From Methanomassiliicoccaceae archaeon (lineage in GTDB: Archaea > Thermoplasmatota > Thermoplasmata > Methanomassiliicoccales > Methanomassiliicoccaceae), in the NCBI GenBank assembly GCA_040776945.1, contig JAXGZN010000001.1, forward strand, positions 64,001 through 128,000: a stretch of 64,000 nucleotides of DNA. The letters are read 5' to 3'. A program made the position numbers and the translations under genes. Shown here in pieces: positions 61,330 to 64,000 of this stretch. The notes under the pieces are model-generated. The model was not told the DNA's origin. It worked only from the letters and a program-made list of their open reading frames with translations, and ran no database searches. Within the stretch, counting starts at the first letter, position 1; each line of letters opens with the position of its first letter.

Positions 61330-62036
61330 GCAACGAGATGAAGAGATTGACCGCGCCGCGCAGCTGGCCGGTGAAGAGGAAGTCCTCCCATTGGATCACC
61401 AAGCCCTCGCCTGGCGCCCATGCCGTGGAGGACAGCATACCAGTGAACGTCGTTCTCCGCGATATGCTGCACGTGTGCAGGACCGGGGCCGAGGTCAGGG
61501 CGGTCATATTCGACAAGGGGATAATGGTGGACGGAAAGACCGTCACCAGCGCCAAGCAGGGCATCGGCCTGATGGACGTGGTCACCCTTCCCAAGTCTGG
61601 CGCCGCATACCGCATGGTGATGGACCGCAGGGGCAAGCTCCAGTTGGTCCAGATCCCACAGGAGAAGACCGCTTGGAAGCTCTGCCGCATCGATGACAAG
61701 ACCGTTCTGAGCGGCGGGAAGGTACAGCTCAACCTCCATGATGGGAGGAACATCTTGGTAGAGAAGGATGGGTACAAGACCGGCGACGTGCTGAAGATCG
61801 CGGTACCCGAGCAGAAGGTGATGGAGCACTACTCCCTAAGCAAGGGGTCTCTGGCGCTCATTACCTCCGGTTCTAACGTCGGGGAGACCGCGGTGATCGA
61901 CGAGTATGTTGTCACCAGGCTCGCATCTGAGAACCTTGTCAAGTTCAAGGACGGGACATCCACCGTCAAGAGCAACGTGTTCGTGATCGGCGCCAAGGTG
62001 CCCGAGATCGAGCTGCCTGAGGAGGCCGCGATATGA
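61326..62036 (+). CDS. rps4e: 30S ribosomal protein S4e
   Basis: KRLTAPRSW, PSPGAH, QLNLHDGRN. Confidence 0.97.
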   Translation: MSNEMKRLTAPRSWPVKRKSSHWITKPSPGAHAVEDSIPVNVVLRDMLHVCRTGAEVRAVIFDKGIMVDGKTVTSAKQGIGLMDVVTLPKSGAAYRMVMDRRGKLQLVQIPQEKTAWKLCRIDDKTVLSGGKVQLNLHDGRNILVEKDGYKTGDVLKIAVPEQKVMEHYSLSKGSLALITSGSNVGETAVIDEYVVTRLASENLVKFKDGTSTVKSNVFVIGAKVPEIELPEEAAI

Positions 62037-62545
62037 GCGACCTCATGAGACGGCCCGCGATCGAGAAGATCGTCGTGAACATCGGCGTCGGCGAGGCGGG
62101 CGAACGGCTTAACAAGGCCCAGAAGGTCTTGAGCATGGTCACCAAGCAGAAGCCCATTACTACCTTCGCCAAGGTCACGAACAGGGACCTGGGGGTCAGG
62201 CACGGCATGCCCATAGGATGCAAGGTCACCATGAGGGGCGAGAGGGCCCAGGAGTTCCTTAGGAAGGCCCTTGTAATCCGCGAGAACAGAGTGGCCAACT
62301 ACTCCTTCGATAAGGAGGGCAACCTATCGTTCGGGATACCGGACTATACCGACTTTGAGGGCATGAAGTACGACCCCGAGATCGGCATATTCGGCATGGA
62401 CGTCAACGTGGTCTTCAAGAGGCCGGGATACCGGGTGGCCAAGAGGCGGATAATGGCCCGGAGGATCCCCAAAGAGCACCGCATGACCAGGGATGAGGCC
62501 ATCAGCTACATGAAGGAGCATTTCAAAGTCGAGGTGGTCGAGTGA
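62033..62545 (+). CDS. rpl5: 50S ribosomal protein L5
   Basis: [32 protein letters not shown]. Confidence 0.97.
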   Translation: MSDLMRRPAIEKIVVNIGVGEAGERLNKAQKVLSMVTKQKPITTFAKVTNRDLGVRHGMPIGCKVTMRGERAQEFLRKALVIRENRVANYSFDKEGNLSFGIPDYTDFEGMKYDPEIGIFGMDVNVVFKRPGYRVAKRRIMARRIPKEHRMTRDEAISYMKEHFKVEVVE

Positions 62546-62688
62546 AGACTAAGAAGGAGTTCGGAAGGAAGAAGGGATGCCTGCGCTGCGGAAGGAAGCG
62601 GGGCATCGTGCGCCGCTACGGCATGCACGTCTGCCGGCAGTGCTTCCGCGAGATAGCCCCGGAGATCGGGTTCAAGAAGTATAGCTGA
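62542..62688 (+). CDS. rps14: 30S ribosomal protein S14 (zinc type), below ORF-track cutoff
   Basis: Hand translation from GTG: ...CLRCG...[16 protein letters not shown]...GFKKYS (48 aa). Confidence 0.95.
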   Translation: MKTKKEFGRKKGCLRCGRKRGIVRRYGMHVCRQCFREIAPEIGFKKYS

Positions 62689-62697
62689 GGTGATGAC

Positions 62698-63087
62698 ATG
62701 CAGAGCGACCCATTAAATGATGCCATGTCGACCATCAAGAACGCGGCCTCGGTAGGGAAGAGCGAATGCACCATACGCCCCTCCTCGAAGCTGATCGGTA
62801 GAGTGCTGAAGGTCATGCAGGAGCATGGCTACATCAACCAGTTCGAGTTCGTCGAGGATGGAAAGGCCGGCGTGTTCAAGGTTAGGATACAGGGAAAGAT
62901 AAACGACTGCGGCGTGATAAAGCCGAGATACTCGGTTCAGAAGAACGATCTGGAGAGGTTCGAGTCCAGATACCTGCCCGCTCAGGACTTTGGAGTGCTC
63001 ATACTGACGACCACCGCGGGCGTCGTGAGCCATGCCAGGGCCAAGGAGCTCGGGGTGGGCGGAAAGCTTCTGGCCTACGTGTACTGA
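62698..63087 (+). CDS. rps8: 30S ribosomal protein S8
   Basis: [33 protein letters not shown]. Confidence 0.97.
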   Translation: MQSDPLNDAMSTIKNAASVGKSECTIRPSSKLIGRVLKVMQEHGYINQFEFVEDGKAGVFKVRIQGKINDCGVIKPRYSVQKNDLERFESRYLPAQDFGVLILTTTAGVVSHARAKELGVGGKLLAYVY

Positions 63088-63097
63088 GGGGAATTCG

Positions 63098-63649
63098 ATG
63101 ACACTAAGCGGAATACTGGAAGAGAGGGTGGCCGTCCCCAAAGGGGTCACCGTCACCATCAACGGTTCCATCGTAGAGGTCAAAGGCCCCAAGGGAAAGC
63201 TCAGCCGGGACTTCTACAATCCCAAGACCAAAGTTAGCCTGGACGGGGACGAGCTGGTCGTAAGCTGCGAGATGCCGAGGGTCAAGGACAAGGCCATGAT
63301 CGGGACCTTCGCCTCGCATCTGAACAACATGATAGATGGCGTAACTGCCGGGTTCGAGTACCACATGAAGATCGTGTTCTCTCACTTCCCGATCAAGACA
63401 GCGGTGAAGGGGGACAGGTTCGTCATAGAGAACTTCCTCGGAGAGCGGGCCCCGCGCACCGCCAAGATACTGGGCGACACCAAGATCGTGGTGAAGGGCA
63501 ACGATGTGGTGCTGAGCGGCATCAGTGTAGAGGACATCGGTCAGACCGCGGCCAATATCGAATATGCCACCAAGATATGGGGATATGACTCCCGGGTGTT
63601 CCAGGACGGCATTTACATCACCGAGAAGGCCAAGAAGGTGAGCTCATGA
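63098..63649 (+). CDS. rpl6: 50S ribosomal protein L6
   Basis: VKGPKG, SHFPI, NFLGE, DSRVFQDGIY. Confidence 0.97.
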   Translation: MTLSGILEERVAVPKGVTVTINGSIVEVKGPKGKLSRDFYNPKTKVSLDGDELVVSCEMPRVKDKAMIGTFASHLNNMIDGVTAGFEYHMKIVFSHFPIKTAVKGDRFVIENFLGERAPRTAKILGDTKIVVKGNDVVLSGISVEDIGQTAANIEYATKIWGYDSRVFQDGIYITEKAKKVSS

Positions 63650-64000
63650 GCAAGGAGAAGAAGGTAGAGATCAACGAGCTGTCGGACCTCCCCCATTATA
63701 AGGAGGAGTTCACCGCACAGCTCGAGGACATGGGCATCACGTCCGTTCCTGAACTAAGGGAGGCCCTCCGCCACTCGGGCAAGAGCAAGAAGATAATGGA
63801 CGACCTCATAGGGGTCGGCCCTAAGACGATCAAGTCCTGGAGGACGCTTCTCGGCGTTAAGGTGGAGAAGAAGTCCAAGAAGGCCATCGCGCCCGCGGCT
63901 GAGACCAAGCCCGCCGAGAAGGAGGCCGAGGATGTCGAGATCGTGGAGAGGCCAGCCGCTGAGGTCGTTGAGAAAGGCGCCTACGTAGCCAAGAAGAAAC
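63646..64000 (+). CDS. rpl32e: Probable L32e with N-terminal HhH extension (3' truncated by window edge)
   Basis: ATG overlaps the rpl6 stop and the frame is open to the window end. HhH-like IGVGPKT. This position after rpl6 is where L32e normally sits, but the L32e core is not visible. Confidence 0.7.
   Translation, partial: MSKEKKVEINELSDLPHYKEEFTAQLEDMGITSVPELREALRHSGKSKKIMDDLIGVGPKTIKSWRTLLGVKVEKKSKKAIAPAAETKPAEKEAEDVEIVERPAAEVVEKGAYVAKKK

Overview
Archaeal chromosomal DNA, most likely Methanomassiliicoccales (Thermoplasmatota). The evidence is a stand-alone 16S rRNA gene, a long two-FAD-site hdrA joined to mvhDGA, and a TRAM-fused aIF2-beta. Most of the window is core genome: tRNA-modification genes (tgtA, a Pcc1 paralog, MiaB-like methylthiotransferase, RaSEA), tRNA-Gln and tRNA-Ser, pyrG, rps8e-srp19, hdrA-mvhDGA, ftsZ, the Pop5-psmA-SBDS-exosome-rpl37ae-rpoP-pcc1-pfdB superoperon, tyrS, and the rpl3 to rpl32e ribosomal cluster. 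Short accessory patches carry transporters, proteases and orphans. I saw no CRISPR array, transposase, integrase or prophage. The best leads are: (1) an orphan GNAT resembling, from memory, eukaryotic FAM169/alpha-TAT/ESCO acetyltransferases; (2) a NikR-like operator on a peptide/nickel ABC operon; (3) a structured leader, coupled uORF and operator repeats upstream of hdrA-mvhDGA; (4) a RING-like poly-zinc-ribbon gene upstream of ftsZ and psmA; (5) a structured rpl3 leader; (6) long-range pairing around the solitary 16S; (7) helically phased heptamers. None is proven to be a new system. All family calls come from reading motifs by eye, not from database searches.
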